This document shows positions 34,880 through 43,660 of a stretch of DNA of 64,000 bases, one piece after another. The notes under the pieces were generated by a model. The model saw nothing but the letters and a program-made list of their open reading frames with translations. It had not been told where the DNA came from and searched no databases. The stretch spans positions 13,512 to 77,511 of the forward strand of contig JAGHAM010000036.1 in assembly GCA_021161465.1 (NCBI GenBank). Direction: 5' to 3'. Numbering within the stretch: the first letter of the stretch is position 1; the number at the start of each line of letters is the position of its first letter. This stretch comes from Candidatus Iainarchaeum sp. GTDB lineage: Archaea > B1Sed10-29 > WALL01 > JAGHAM01. Position numbers and translations under genes: made by a program.

Positions 34880-35572
34880 TTATTTTTTTGCCGAAGCAAA
34901 CAGTGGCTCATCGTTTCTTGGTGTTCCACACGTAAACTTCCCTTCTGGGCAGGGACCGCGAATACATGGTGGCCCTGCTTTTTCAAATATTACTGGGGCG
35001 ACTTTCTTCACCTCGGCCAACATTGCGTCGGCCAGTTGCCTTATTTCCCACTGCGCGCGGTAGCAACACCTCAAGGTGAAGAAGTGAAGAAGACTCCTGG
35101 CGTTCATTGTCACAACGATACTTGTATGAGTTGCATTCGGTAAGACGTATCTTGCATCCTCAGCAGGTATGCCCTGCTCAAGCAGATTTTTATAGCTCTC
35201 AAAGCTATTGTCTATTGTTTCTTTGTAGGCTTTTAACAGCTCGGGGTTCTCCTTTATGGTGTCAGGAATGGTATAATTTCCCTCACCAAGCTTAACATAC
35301 CTCTGGCTTTGTTGCGTGTAGGAAGCCAGCCTATGCCTTACCAACTCGTGAGTCACCACCCTCGATACTCCACTTATGTTGAAGGTGAAGCTTGCATGCT
35401 CTATGACAGAAAGGTGCCCTCTTGATATAATATTCCTCAGGACCCGCTCAACCCTCTTCCTGTCGAGATTTTTAAACATCTCATCGTCAAGCTTCTCATG
35501 AGTGCTCGCGTATGCTGCTACTGCGCAGGTCCTCTCTGGATCAGGCGTGTAGTTGATTAGCTCCACATGCAT
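34880..35572 (-). CDS. thyX: FAD-dependent thymidylate synthase
   Basis: GHLSVIEH, RHRLASYTQQSQRY, EDARYVLP, AQWEIR. Confidence 0.96.
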   Translation of the reverse strand: MHVELINYTPDPERTCAVAAYASTHEKLDDEMFKNLDRKRVERVLRNIISRGHLSVIEHASFTFNISGVSRVVTHELVRHRLASYTQQSQRYVKLGEGNYTIPDTIKENPELLKAYKETIDNSFESYKNLLEQGIPAEDARYVLPNATHTSIVVTMNARSLLHFFTLRCCYRAQWEIRQLADAMLAEVKKVAPVIFEKAGPPCIRGPCPEGKFTCGTPRNDEPLFASAKK

Positions 35573-35574
35573 TT

Positions 35575-36546
35575 TTATTTCTCCTTAATTGTGTTAATGC
35601 CATTAACACTGTTTATTATTTCCCCTTTTTCAAGGGCGTCCATAATCTGCTTGGCTATCTCTGTGCCAACTCTTTCCTGGGCTTCTATAGTTGACGCTCC
35701 AAGGTGCGGCGTCATGAGCACATTCTCAAGCCCAACCAGGGGAGAGTTTGTTGGTGGCTCTTTCTCCCAGACATCTATAGCAGCACCAGCAACCTTGCCG
35801 GATTTGATGGCTTCTGCAAGAGCTGCTTCATTTATTAGGCCCCCTCTTGCAGCGTTTATTATCCTGACGCCTTCTTTCATAATATCAAACTGCTCCCTAT
35901 CCAGTGTGTTTCTGGTTTCCGGAACCAGCTTAAGGCACATCACTATGAAATCAGACTTTCTGCAGATTTCATCAAGGGTTGCTTTTGTTACCCCCCTTTC
36001 CAATAGTTCCTCTTTACTTCTAAATGCATCATAACCAATTACATTCATGGACAGACCTCTGGCAATTCTGGCTACTATGCTGCCAACATGGCCAATCCCA
36101 ATTATACCCAATGTCTTGTCCTTGACCTCAACACCAACAAAACGCTTTCTGTCCCATTCGCCCTTAAGCATGGACATGTGAGCCTTGTGGATGTTTCTTG
36201 CGAGTGCCAGCATCAGTGCTATGCTATGCTCTGCCGCGCTGTTGATGTTCCCTAAAGGGACATTCATCACAGGGATGCCTCTCCCCTTAGCGGTTTCACA
36301 ATCAATGTTGTCGACTCCAACCCCTGCCCTGCCAATCACTTTAAGTTTTTCGCCAGCTTCTATAATTCTCTTTGTGACTTTGGTGCCACTCCTAACTACC
36401 AGTGCGTCGTAGTTCTTAATCTCAGCCACAAGCTCGTCCTCGCTGAGCCCTGTTTTCATTTCAACATCAAAATTAGGGTTTGATTTAAAGAGCTCTATGG
36501 CTTTGTTCGTGAGCTTATCGCTAACTAAAACCTTAAATACCATCAT
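35575..36546 (-). CDS. serA: D-3-phosphoglycerate dehydrogenase (short form, no ACT domain)
   Basis: RAGVGVDNID, GIGHVG, NAARGG, TPHLGASTIEAQ. Confidence 0.88.
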   Translation of the reverse strand: MMVFKVLVSDKLTNKAIELFKSNPNFDVEMKTGLSEDELVAEIKNYDALVVRSGTKVTKRIIEAGEKLKVIGRAGVGVDNIDCETAKGRGIPVMNVPLGNINSAAEHSIALMLALARNIHKAHMSMLKGEWDRKRFVGVEVKDKTLGIIGIGHVGSIVARIARGLSMNVIGYDAFRSKEELLERGVTKATLDEICRKSDFIVMCLKLVPETRNTLDREQFDIMKEGVRIINAARGGLINEAALAEAIKSGKVAGAAIDVWEKEPPTNSPLVGLENVLMTPHLGASTIEAQERVGTEIAKQIMDALEKGEIINSVNGINTIKEK

Positions 36547-37646
36547 GCACCACCAACTTTAGGAAAAACCTCTTCATACGCGCCAAACAACGTGTCCAGA
36601 TCTTCCTCCGTAGTGTCGCCCATGTGAGCTATCCTAAAAGTCATCGGTTTTCCAGCATCAGCAAGTTTGTTGTTCAGTTTCCTGTAACCAGAGTCCACGG
36701 AGAAGCCCCTTTCACCCATGAGCTCTTTCATCTTGCTCAAGTCCATGCCTTTGGTGTCAGAGAAGCAACTTACGGTTACCGATTCGTAGCCAGTCTCTGG
36801 GAACAGCTCAAAGCCAAGTTTCTTTCCCCACTTTCTGGTTTTCTCTGCAAGTCGCTCATGCCGTTTGAATCTGTTTTCCAACCCTTCTTCCAACATTCTA
36901 TCAAGCTGGTATTTCAGTGCATACAGGTGACTAACCGAAGGCGTATACGGTGTATTATCTTTGTCGTACATCTTCTTCAACTCAAGCAGGTCGAAGTAAT
37001 AACCTCTTCCCGGGATTTGTTTTGCCCGTTCAAGAGCCTTCTCGGACACGGAAGCCAGCGCAATCCCTGGAGGCAGGGCAAGCGCCTTCTGTGAGCTGGT
37101 TATGCACATATCTATGCCTAGTTTGTCAACCTCTATCTTAGCTCCACCTAAAGAACTTACAGCATCCACGAGGAACATAACATCAGGATAGTTCTTGACA
37201 ACTTCTGATATCTCCTCAAGATGGTGCATAACCCCAGTTGAGGTTTCGTTGTGAGTCACGCAAATTGCATCGAATTCACCAGTAGAGAGCTTTTCTTCAA
37301 TCATATCTGGCTTGATGGCTTTCCCCCAGTCCACCTCAAGCTTCTCAGCTTCCTTTCCGCAGCGGATGGCTATGTTGTACCATTTGTCAGAGAAGGACCC
37401 ACAAACGCAGTTTAAGACCTTCTTGCCAACGAGGTTCCTCATAGCTGCCTCCATAAATCCACTTCCACTTGATGTGGAAACCATCACAGGATTTTCGGTG
37501 TAGAAAAGCTGCTTCAGCTTGCCCTTAACATCATGGAACAGCTCGGCGAACTCCTTTGTTCTGTGTCCCACTAAAGGTGTAGACATCTTCTCCAAAACAT
37601 CCTTTCTCACCTCTACAGGTCCAGGAATGTAAAGTATTTTGTGCAT
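36543..37646 (-). CDS. Class V PLP aminotransferase (alanine-glyoxylate / phosphoserine aminotransferase type)
   Basis: PGP, HNETSTG, VDAVSS, SSQKALALPPG, FRIAHMG. Confidence 0.9.
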   Translation of the reverse strand: MHKILYIPGPVEVRKDVLEKMSTPLVGHRTKEFAELFHDVKGKLKQLFYTENPVMVSTSSGSGFMEAAMRNLVGKKVLNCVCGSFSDKWYNIAIRCGKEAEKLEVDWGKAIKPDMIEEKLSTGEFDAICVTHNETSTGVMHHLEEISEVVKNYPDVMFLVDAVSSLGGAKIEVDKLGIDMCITSSQKALALPPGIALASVSEKALERAKQIPGRGYYFDLLELKKMYDKDNTPYTPSVSHLYALKYQLDRMLEEGLENRFKRHERLAEKTRKWGKKLGFELFPETGYESVTVSCFSDTKGMDLSKMKELMGERGFSVDSGYRKLNNKLADAGKPMTFRIAHMGDTTEEDLDTLFGAYEEVFPKVGGA

Positions 37647-37667
37647 CGATACCCCCCAGCGTGATTA

Positions 37668-38900
37668 TTATTTCAAACTATACTTATATAAGAATATGCC
37701 ACTGAGCAATTTTGGCCAGAAATAGGTTGACTTCTGTGGCATGGCTATCTCCGGGTTTTTAATCCCGGCATCCGCCACCTCTTTTAATTCGTAGAACTCT
37801 ACTGGTGCGAGTGAGACAGCGAACTGGTAATCGCCCTTGTCCACCAGCTTTTTCATGTTCTTAAGCCCTTCCTCGTTGCCAGGGAAATAGTTAAAGTAGT
37901 GCTTATCCTTGAGCTTATCGGGGGATAAACCTAACTCTGGGAAGAGAATATGTTCCTGAAGGATGCTTGTGTCCAGGCGCGCCACAGCGTCCCCCCTTAC
38001 CTGTTCAAGCAGACTCTCCCTGGCGCTTAGCTTTGTAGCCTTATCCTTGAAATAAAAGATGAATGAGCGCTTCTCAGGAATTTTTAGCCCGTCAGTAGGT
38101 GTAATTTCAAATTTGCCTTCTAGCCGTTTGGGGAAATTCTCAAGCTTTTCCTCTGGGACCCCCCCAACCACCCTGTCATATGGCAGTATCTTCGCGCTTT
38201 CGGAAGGAGAGATGTATGTCTGCACATACTTCTGGCCCATCACGAGCGCGCAGTGATAGCGGTGGTGGCCATCAGCTATGTAAACATTCTCCCTGGCTAT
38301 GAGGTCGTGGATTCTTCTTCCAGGGGGCGAGTTTTCTGGAATTCTCCACACACTGTTTGTTATCCCGTCCATGTCGGAAGTTCTTTCAAAATCCGTGGCG
38401 AATGAGCAAAGCGGTTTCAGGGTTGAAATCTCGTTAAGAGTTTCAAGTAGGTCCTCATTTTTGTCTTCAACTACTCCAAAAACAACACCGACCTGGTAGC
38501 CTAGCGCTTCTCTGAGTTTCTTCCTGTCTGTTACCTTGTTGTCGAAAGTTTTCTCGTGCCTGACGACTTTACCCTCTGAGTAGTCCGAGACTTCAAGGGC
38601 GAGCATCACACCTATGCGCGACCCACTTTCAAATTCCTGTTTGTAAACGTAATAGCATGGCTCGTCATCCTCAACCAGAAGATTTTGTTTTTTGAATTCT
38701 TCAAGTGCTGCACGCGCGTTTTCATACCTGGCTTCCCCCTCTCCTTTTGGCCTTAGATGTATGTGGATAAGGTTTTTCCTTGATGAGAGAACTTCATAAA
38801 GCTTGCTGTCGTGCGAGATGACATCATAAGGTGGCGCGACGAACTCGGATATGGCATTCTCTGATGGCCTCAGCCCGATTAAGCCTTTATTTTCTGGCAT
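37668..38900 (-). CDS. DUF1015 family protein
   Basis: APPYDVI, RHEKT, YIADGHHR, MPQKSTYFWPK. Confidence 0.92.
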   Translation of the reverse strand: MPENKGLIGLRPSENAISEFVAPPYDVISHDSKLYEVLSSRKNLIHIHLRPKGEGEARYENARAALEEFKKQNLLVEDDEPCYYVYKQEFESGSRIGVMLALEVSDYSEGKVVRHEKTFDNKVTDRKKLREALGYQVGVVFGVVEDKNEDLLETLNEISTLKPLCSFATDFERTSDMDGITNSVWRIPENSPPGRRIHDLIARENVYIADGHHRYHCALVMGQKYVQTYISPSESAKILPYDRVVGGVPEEKLENFPKRLEGKFEITPTDGLKIPEKRSFIFYFKDKATKLSARESLLEQVRGDAVARLDTSILQEHILFPELGLSPDKLKDKHYFNYFPGNEEGLKNMKKLVDKGDYQFAVSLAPVEFYELKEVADAGIKNPEIAMPQKSTYFWPKLLSGIFLYKYSLK

Positions 38901-39028
38901 GCTATCCCCCATCCACAGCGCTAACCTTTTAAGAGCCCAGTGCATAAAAATGAAACGGTGAGGCGTTCCAACTTTTTCTTAAGTACCAAAAATGTTAGAT
39001 TTTTATATGTTCAAAAACGCAAACCAGA

Positions 39029-39460
39029 ATGATGCATAGAGACACTGCTAAGCTTATAGGGGGCCTTATACTACTTCTTGTTAGTATTTATTTTATTCTT
39101 TATCTTGGATACTTTGTATATGGAGTCAAAGAGGCATTGGCTTTTCTCCAATTTTTGTTTGTGGTGATGGTCCTACTACTCATTCCTTTTTTTCATTTGC
39201 TTTTGATGAGATTACTGCGCTTGTCTTTTCATTTTTTTGAAAAATATATCCATAAAAAGAACCCAAAAATTACTAAATACAAAGCCAAAAAATGTACTGC
39301 GATGTATTCCTTCTTCTTACTTGGATTTCTGATACTCTTCCTTTCTTATTTTTTTAGAAATGATTGGTGGAGGGCAACTCTACTTATTACAATAGCAACA
39401 GTTTTATTTGGCATCGGTATTGGCATGGCTTCGCCAACCGATTGGCTGGAGGACTTTTAA
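39029..39460 (+). CDS. Hypothetical membrane protein (AT-rich)
   Basis: About four TM helices; visibly AT-rich. Confidence 0.65.
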   Translation: MMHRDTAKLIGGLILLLVSIYFILYLGYFVYGVKEALAFLQFLFVVMVLLLIPFFHLLLMRLLRLSFHFFEKYIHKKNPKITKYKAKKCTAMYSFFLLGFLILFLSYFFRNDWWRATLLITIATVLFGIGIGMASPTDWLEDF

Positions 39461-39994
39461 ATGAAAAAAACCGAACTCATGAATAAAAAATTGGAGATAA
39501 TTGGGATTTATGTTCTTATAATGAGTGCCTGGACATACTCTTCATCTATTTTACTCTCTCTAGTTAGTTTTTTATATAATAAACAGCAGGACAAGATAAT
39601 TGCCTATAGCGGGATAGCTTTGATTCCACTTGCGATTATTGTTTCTTCATTGCTAATCGTTTTTAGTATCCATATATTAAGTTATAAAAAAGAACCGAAG
39701 CTGTGGTTTTACAAGTTTAAAACTCAGAAATACTTTATGAGTTTCATGATGGGGGTAGCTCTCCTTACACTCTCCTTCACCGCTTTTTCTCTTTTTGGTC
39801 TTTTATTGTTCTTTCTTGCTAATACACAACACATCGTACATTTCATAAACGTAGGCCTCTCTGTTTTTCTATTCTTTTTCTATCCTTTTAGCATCCTATT
39901 AGGATTGTTAACCTTCTCGTTGTTCTCAGAAGCTCTTGGCGAGTCGATACCTGATTTTATAAAAAAATTGAAAGGTAAAATAAAAAAGAGTTGA
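39461..39994 (+). CDS. Hypothetical membrane protein (AT-rich)
   Basis: About four TM helices; abuts the previous ORF. Confidence 0.65.
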   Translation: MKKTELMNKKLEIIGIYVLIMSAWTYSSSILLSLVSFLYNKQQDKIIAYSGIALIPLAIIVSSLLIVFSIHILSYKKEPKLWFYKFKTQKYFMSFMMGVALLTLSFTAFSLFGLLLFFLANTQHIVHFINVGLSVFLFFFYPFSILLGLLTFSLFSEALGESIPDFIKKLKGKIKKS

Positions 39995-39999
39995 TATGT

Positions 40000-40179
40000 A
40001 TGTGGTCGTTTTCTAAGAAGAAGGATGAGAAAGGCGTCAAGGAAGAGGTAAGTGAAAGCGCGCAGGGGCATGAGTGCGCGGCCTGCGGGAAACCTGGCGC
40101 GGATAAAAAGTATGGCGGGCAGTGGTGGCACAAAAAATGCCTGAGGAAATTAAGAAAGCAGGCTAAGGGCATGGTTTGA
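40000..40179 (+). CDS. Small putative Zn-binding protein
   Basis: CAAC..WHKKC ligand set; basic C-terminus. Confidence 0.7.
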   Translation: MWSFSKKKDEKGVKEEVSESAQGHECAACGKPGADKKYGGQWWHKKCLRKLRKQAKGMV

Positions 40180-40227
40180 TTTCGCCGAGGAAACATATTA
40201 ATAGTTTTACCAACAAAATTAACGCTA

Positions 40228-40701
40228 ATGGAAACGGCGCATGAAACTAAACCAAAGAAGCGGATAGATGCAGACCACTATTTCATGAAGATAGCGGAAG
40301 TCGTTAAGGAACGGTCTACATGCCTGCGCGACCAGGTTGGAGCAGTTCTTGTGAGGGATAAGCACATAATATCCACAGGCTACAACGGCGCTCCTTCGGG
40401 GCTACCCCACTGCACCGATATTGGTTATTGCATAAGGGAGCGGCTTGGTGTTCCCTCAGGCGAGAGGCATGAGCTGTCAAGAGGAGTCCACGCCGAGCAA
40501 AACGCAATTATACAGGCAGCACTCCACGGTGTCAGCACCGAGAACTCAACACTGTACTGCACGCATTCACCTTGCTCTGTTTGTGCCAAGATGTTGATAA
40601 ATGCAAAGGTAAAAAGAGTGGTTTACAAGAGACACTACCCAGATAAAATGGCATTTGATTACTTCAAGCAGGCTGGTGTTGAAGTTGTGCATCTGGACTA
40701 A
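40228..40701 (+). CDS. dCMP deaminase (ComEB-like)
   Basis: RSTC, GYNG, HAEQNA, PCSVC. Confidence 0.93.
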   Translation: METAHETKPKKRIDADHYFMKIAEVVKERSTCLRDQVGAVLVRDKHIISTGYNGAPSGLPHCTDIGYCIRERLGVPSGERHELSRGVHAEQNAIIQAALHGVSTENSTLYCTHSPCSVCAKMLINAKVKRVVYKRHYPDKMAFDYFKQAGVEVVHLD

Positions 40702-40741
40702 CACAATCTGCTTTAAATATAACTAACACGAATATAGTTTT

Positions 40742-40942
40742 ATGGAAAAAAGACGTTGTTTGTTCACGAAGTATGAGTTTGAGATAGGTGTTGTTACACT
40801 CCCTGCTCATCTTGTCGTCCTTAGTGTGGGAATTATATTGTTCAGCACACCAATAGGTAAACTAGTTGCTGTTTTGAGTTTAGTTGGGGCTCTAGCAGCA
40901 GTGAACTCATTGATTCATGGCGCTAAAGAAATCAAATTTTGA
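40742..40942 (+). CDS. Small membrane protein
   Basis: 66 aa with two hydrophobic segments. Confidence 0.55.
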   Translation: MEKRRCLFTKYEFEIGVVTLPAHLVVLSVGIILFSTPIGKLVAVLSLVGALAAVNSLIHGAKEIKF

Positions 40943-40951
40943 GTTGGGATT

Positions 40952-41644
40952 ATGGAAGTTGGAAAAGTTGTGCCTCAAGATTTTCACATATGGGAAGGCC
41001 ATGCCTCTTTTGTGATATTCACTATAGGGTGCAATATGCAATGCCCTTACTGTTTTGTTCCTGATTTGGTGAGACACAGGGTGTCCAAGCTGGACTGGTT
41101 TCCCAAGTTGAGGCCTGTGATACACTCAATTGACAGTGTGGTTATAACTGGTGGCGAGCCGCTTATGCAGAAATATCTACCGGTGGTTTGCAAGAAGCTG
41201 AAGCTTGAAGGACTGAAGGTGAGGATAGAGACAAATGGCTCTAAGCCTGATGTTCTTAAATCCTTGATAAGGATGAAGGTGATTGACAGTGTTGCCCTTG
41301 ATGTTAAGGCACCCTTTGGTGATTACCAGGCGTTGACTAACAGTCAGGTAAGCCCGGAAAACGTTAAGAAAAGCATAGGGCTTTTGCAGGAGAGCGGCAT
41401 AGAGCACGAGCTAAGGACTACCTGGAGCCCAAACTTAACTGAGGAGCAGATAGCCGAGATAGCGAAACAGTGTTCCGGCTCAACATGGGTTTTACAGGAG
41501 TTCAAGCCGGGTGGGTGCCTGGATGCATCCTATGATTCCAAAGAGCAAACCAACTATGAAAAGCTTAAGAGTTTGGCTTCTAGGGTTACCGGCCCAGCCA
41601 GAGTGTTGATAAAAACAGGTAAAGGAGAGGAGTTGATAAGGTAA
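40952..41644 (+). CDS. Radical SAM glycyl-radical activase-like protein (anaerobic RNR activating protein family)
   Basis: GCNMQCPYC, TGGEP, ETNG, ALDVKAP, ELRTT. Confidence 0.85.
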   Translation: MEVGKVVPQDFHIWEGHASFVIFTIGCNMQCPYCFVPDLVRHRVSKLDWFPKLRPVIHSIDSVVITGGEPLMQKYLPVVCKKLKLEGLKVRIETNGSKPDVLKSLIRMKVIDSVALDVKAPFGDYQALTNSQVSPENVKKSIGLLQESGIEHELRTTWSPNLTEEQIAEIAKQCSGSTWVLQEFKPGGCLDASYDSKEQTNYEKLKSLASRVTGPARVLIKTGKGEELIR

Positions 41645-42147
41645 TGCGATGTTTCATAGGGGTTCCTTTAACAGACAATGTCAGGAAAGGCCTCTCTGAA
41701 ATGCAGAAGAGGCTAAAGCACTCTTCCACAAAGATGAAGCTAGTCGAGCCGGAGAATCTACACATAACTTTAAGGTTCCTTGGTGAGATTGCTGATGTGG
41801 AAGTAGCCAAACCCTTGCTGGAGGGCATATCCATTAAAAAGTTTCATGTTCAATTTACCCACATTGGCGCATTCCCTAGCAGGGATTATATACGTGTCGT
41901 TTGGGCTGGCGTTGGCCAGGGGAGGGATGAGTTAGTTGAACTTTACAAGGCAGTTGGCGGGAAAAATAGCCTCGAGCCGCATGTAACCTTAGCTCGTGTG
42001 AAAACTAAACCCGATGCGCTGCTGTTGGAGATGTTAGATGAAAAATTAGATTTATCTATGGATGCTGAGAGGGTGCAGCTAATCGAGAGCAAGTTAACCC
42101 CAACTGGCCCAATATACTCAAAGGTGTTTGAAGTTGAATTTGACTAA
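41644..42147 (+). CDS. thpR: RNA 2',3'-cyclic phosphodiesterase (2H family)
   Basis: MRCFIG, HITLRFLG, PHVTLAR, SKLTPTGPIY. Confidence 0.93.
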   Translation: MRCFIGVPLTDNVRKGLSEMQKRLKHSSTKMKLVEPENLHITLRFLGEIADVEVAKPLLEGISIKKFHVQFTHIGAFPSRDYIRVVWAGVGQGRDELVELYKAVGGKNSLEPHVTLARVKTKPDALLLEMLDEKLDLSMDAERVQLIESKLTPTGPIYSKVFEVEFD

Positions 42148-43660
42148 ACTGGCTGTAGCGATGTTGTTAATCTGTGCGACCTCATCAGCCCTTACCATGC
42201 TCGGGAAAACACCAAACGGAACCATGCTGCTCGCGAACAAGAACTATGTAGTGGAGATGGATCCAGCCAACAATACGCTTAACATCAATAACATTATCTC
42301 GGTTTATATGTTCCCAAAAGGCAGGATTCTTGGTACTGATATAAAGCCACTGGAGCCATCCTTTGGAGACATACATACTGGAGAGCAGGTTGAAAGGTAT
42401 ATTGTGGAATACCCCCCCTCAATCGCAAAGAATGTTTACATATCATCAAAAATAAACTTTGAGGATAAGTTCATACGACAGGAGATAACAATTGAAAACA
42501 CTCAGAGCAGCAAACTTGATATAACCCTAAGACTTTCCCAGCAAAAGAACAGGAGCTACTACGTATTCGCGCCGTTCACAAATAATCCCCTTATGAACCA
42601 TATGTGGATTTCTCCAAGTTTTAATCAGGAGAAGGGATTGGGCCTAGCAGTTTATTTCGATTCTGAGAATCCAACTTACTCTCAGACAGGAGAGGTAAGC
42701 CGTGTGGATAACTCTGGTGGCCTTTTGAATTGGAGGCTGTCTGTACCAGCCGGTGAAACAAGGACTATTATAGTTAAGTACATCCTAGGTTATGTTGCAG
42801 ATTCAACACTTCTAAGGTCGCATGCATTTAAAATCCCCTCTACAAAACAGCACCTGCTTGATACAGAAACTGATGCATTGTTCAGCTTCAAGAACGATGA
42901 TGCACTCTCATCAATGCTCGATGGAATAAACGGTAAGAATCCCGGGGAAGTCTTTGATGAAACAAAGAGGGCTATGGGCCAGATTATGAATTCACCTGTG
43001 GAGGCAACTGTCTTAACAACAAACGTAAATTTCCAGGAGCTTGTCAGCAAACAGCAGCTTAATAGCCTGGAAAAGGCTTTGCTATTCAGGAAGCTCATTG
43101 AGGAGAAGGGCATCCCTGCTGAGCTTAACATAGGGATTAAAGGCGGGAGTTATTATGCGTGGGTCAAGGCATACCCAACCATAGAGCCTCTTGTTTACGA
43201 CCCGGCTGGTGGCATGTCCGCTAGCAGGGAAATATACTCTGACCCTACCCCCATCTATTGCAACTCAAACATTGGTAGCTGCAATTGGGCGGGTAGCATA
43301 AAGACAGATGTTGTGTGTATACTTAACCTTTGTTCTTCAGTTTATCTGCTGTCTGCTGTAATACTCATACTCATAATCGCTCTGTTCTTATTGCTGCAAT
43401 ACAAGGCGAATGCCCTGTACAAAGTGCTTGGCAAGAAGAAGACAGGACAGGACATATCACAGATTGATGGCAGCTACATGGTATTGAATGAGAACTTCAC
43501 ACCCGACAATCCACTTGAAGATGCTGTGCTAAAAGAGATAAAGTCAACCATGGGTTCTGTTAAGCTTAGTGACTATACAAGAAAGACTGGGTTCTCCAGT
43601 TTTCTGATTGCTGCAGCCATCGAAAGTCTTATGGAAAAGAAAGTCATAAAAAAGCTTTAA
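42128..43660 (+). CDS. Surface protein with degenerate transglutaminase-like domain, TM helix and C-terminal wHTH-like domain
   Basis: Signal peptide; SLEKALLF..GIPA..G..YAW..YDP; TM helix; terminal VKLSDYTRKTGFSSFLIAAAIESLMEKKVI. Confidence 0.65.
   Translation: MKLNLTKLAVAMLLICATSSALTMLGKTPNGTMLLANKNYVVEMDPANNTLNINNIISVYMFPKGRILGTDIKPLEPSFGDIHTGEQVERYIVEYPPSIAKNVYISSKINFEDKFIRQEITIENTQSSKLDITLRLSQQKNRSYYVFAPFTNNPLMNHMWISPSFNQEKGLGLAVYFDSENPTYSQTGEVSRVDNSGGLLNWRLSVPAGETRTIIVKYILGYVADSTLLRSHAFKIPSTKQHLLDTETDALFSFKNDDALSSMLDGINGKNPGEVFDETKRAMGQIMNSPVEATVLTTNVNFQELVSKQQLNSLEKALLFRKLIEEKGIPAELNIGIKGGSYYAWVKAYPTIEPLVYDPAGGMSASREIYSDPTPIYCNSNIGSCNWAGSIKTDVVCILNLCSSVYLLSAVILILIIALFLLLQYKANALYKVLGKKKTGQDISQIDGSYMVLNENFTPDNPLEDAVLKEIKSTMGSVKLSDYTRKTGFSSFLIAAAIESLMEKKVIKKL

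Noticed and set aside
40952-41644. Activase as evidence of a local class III RNR operon
   Set aside because: No nrdD or other glycyl radical enzyme in the window; stand-alone activase-like genes are common.
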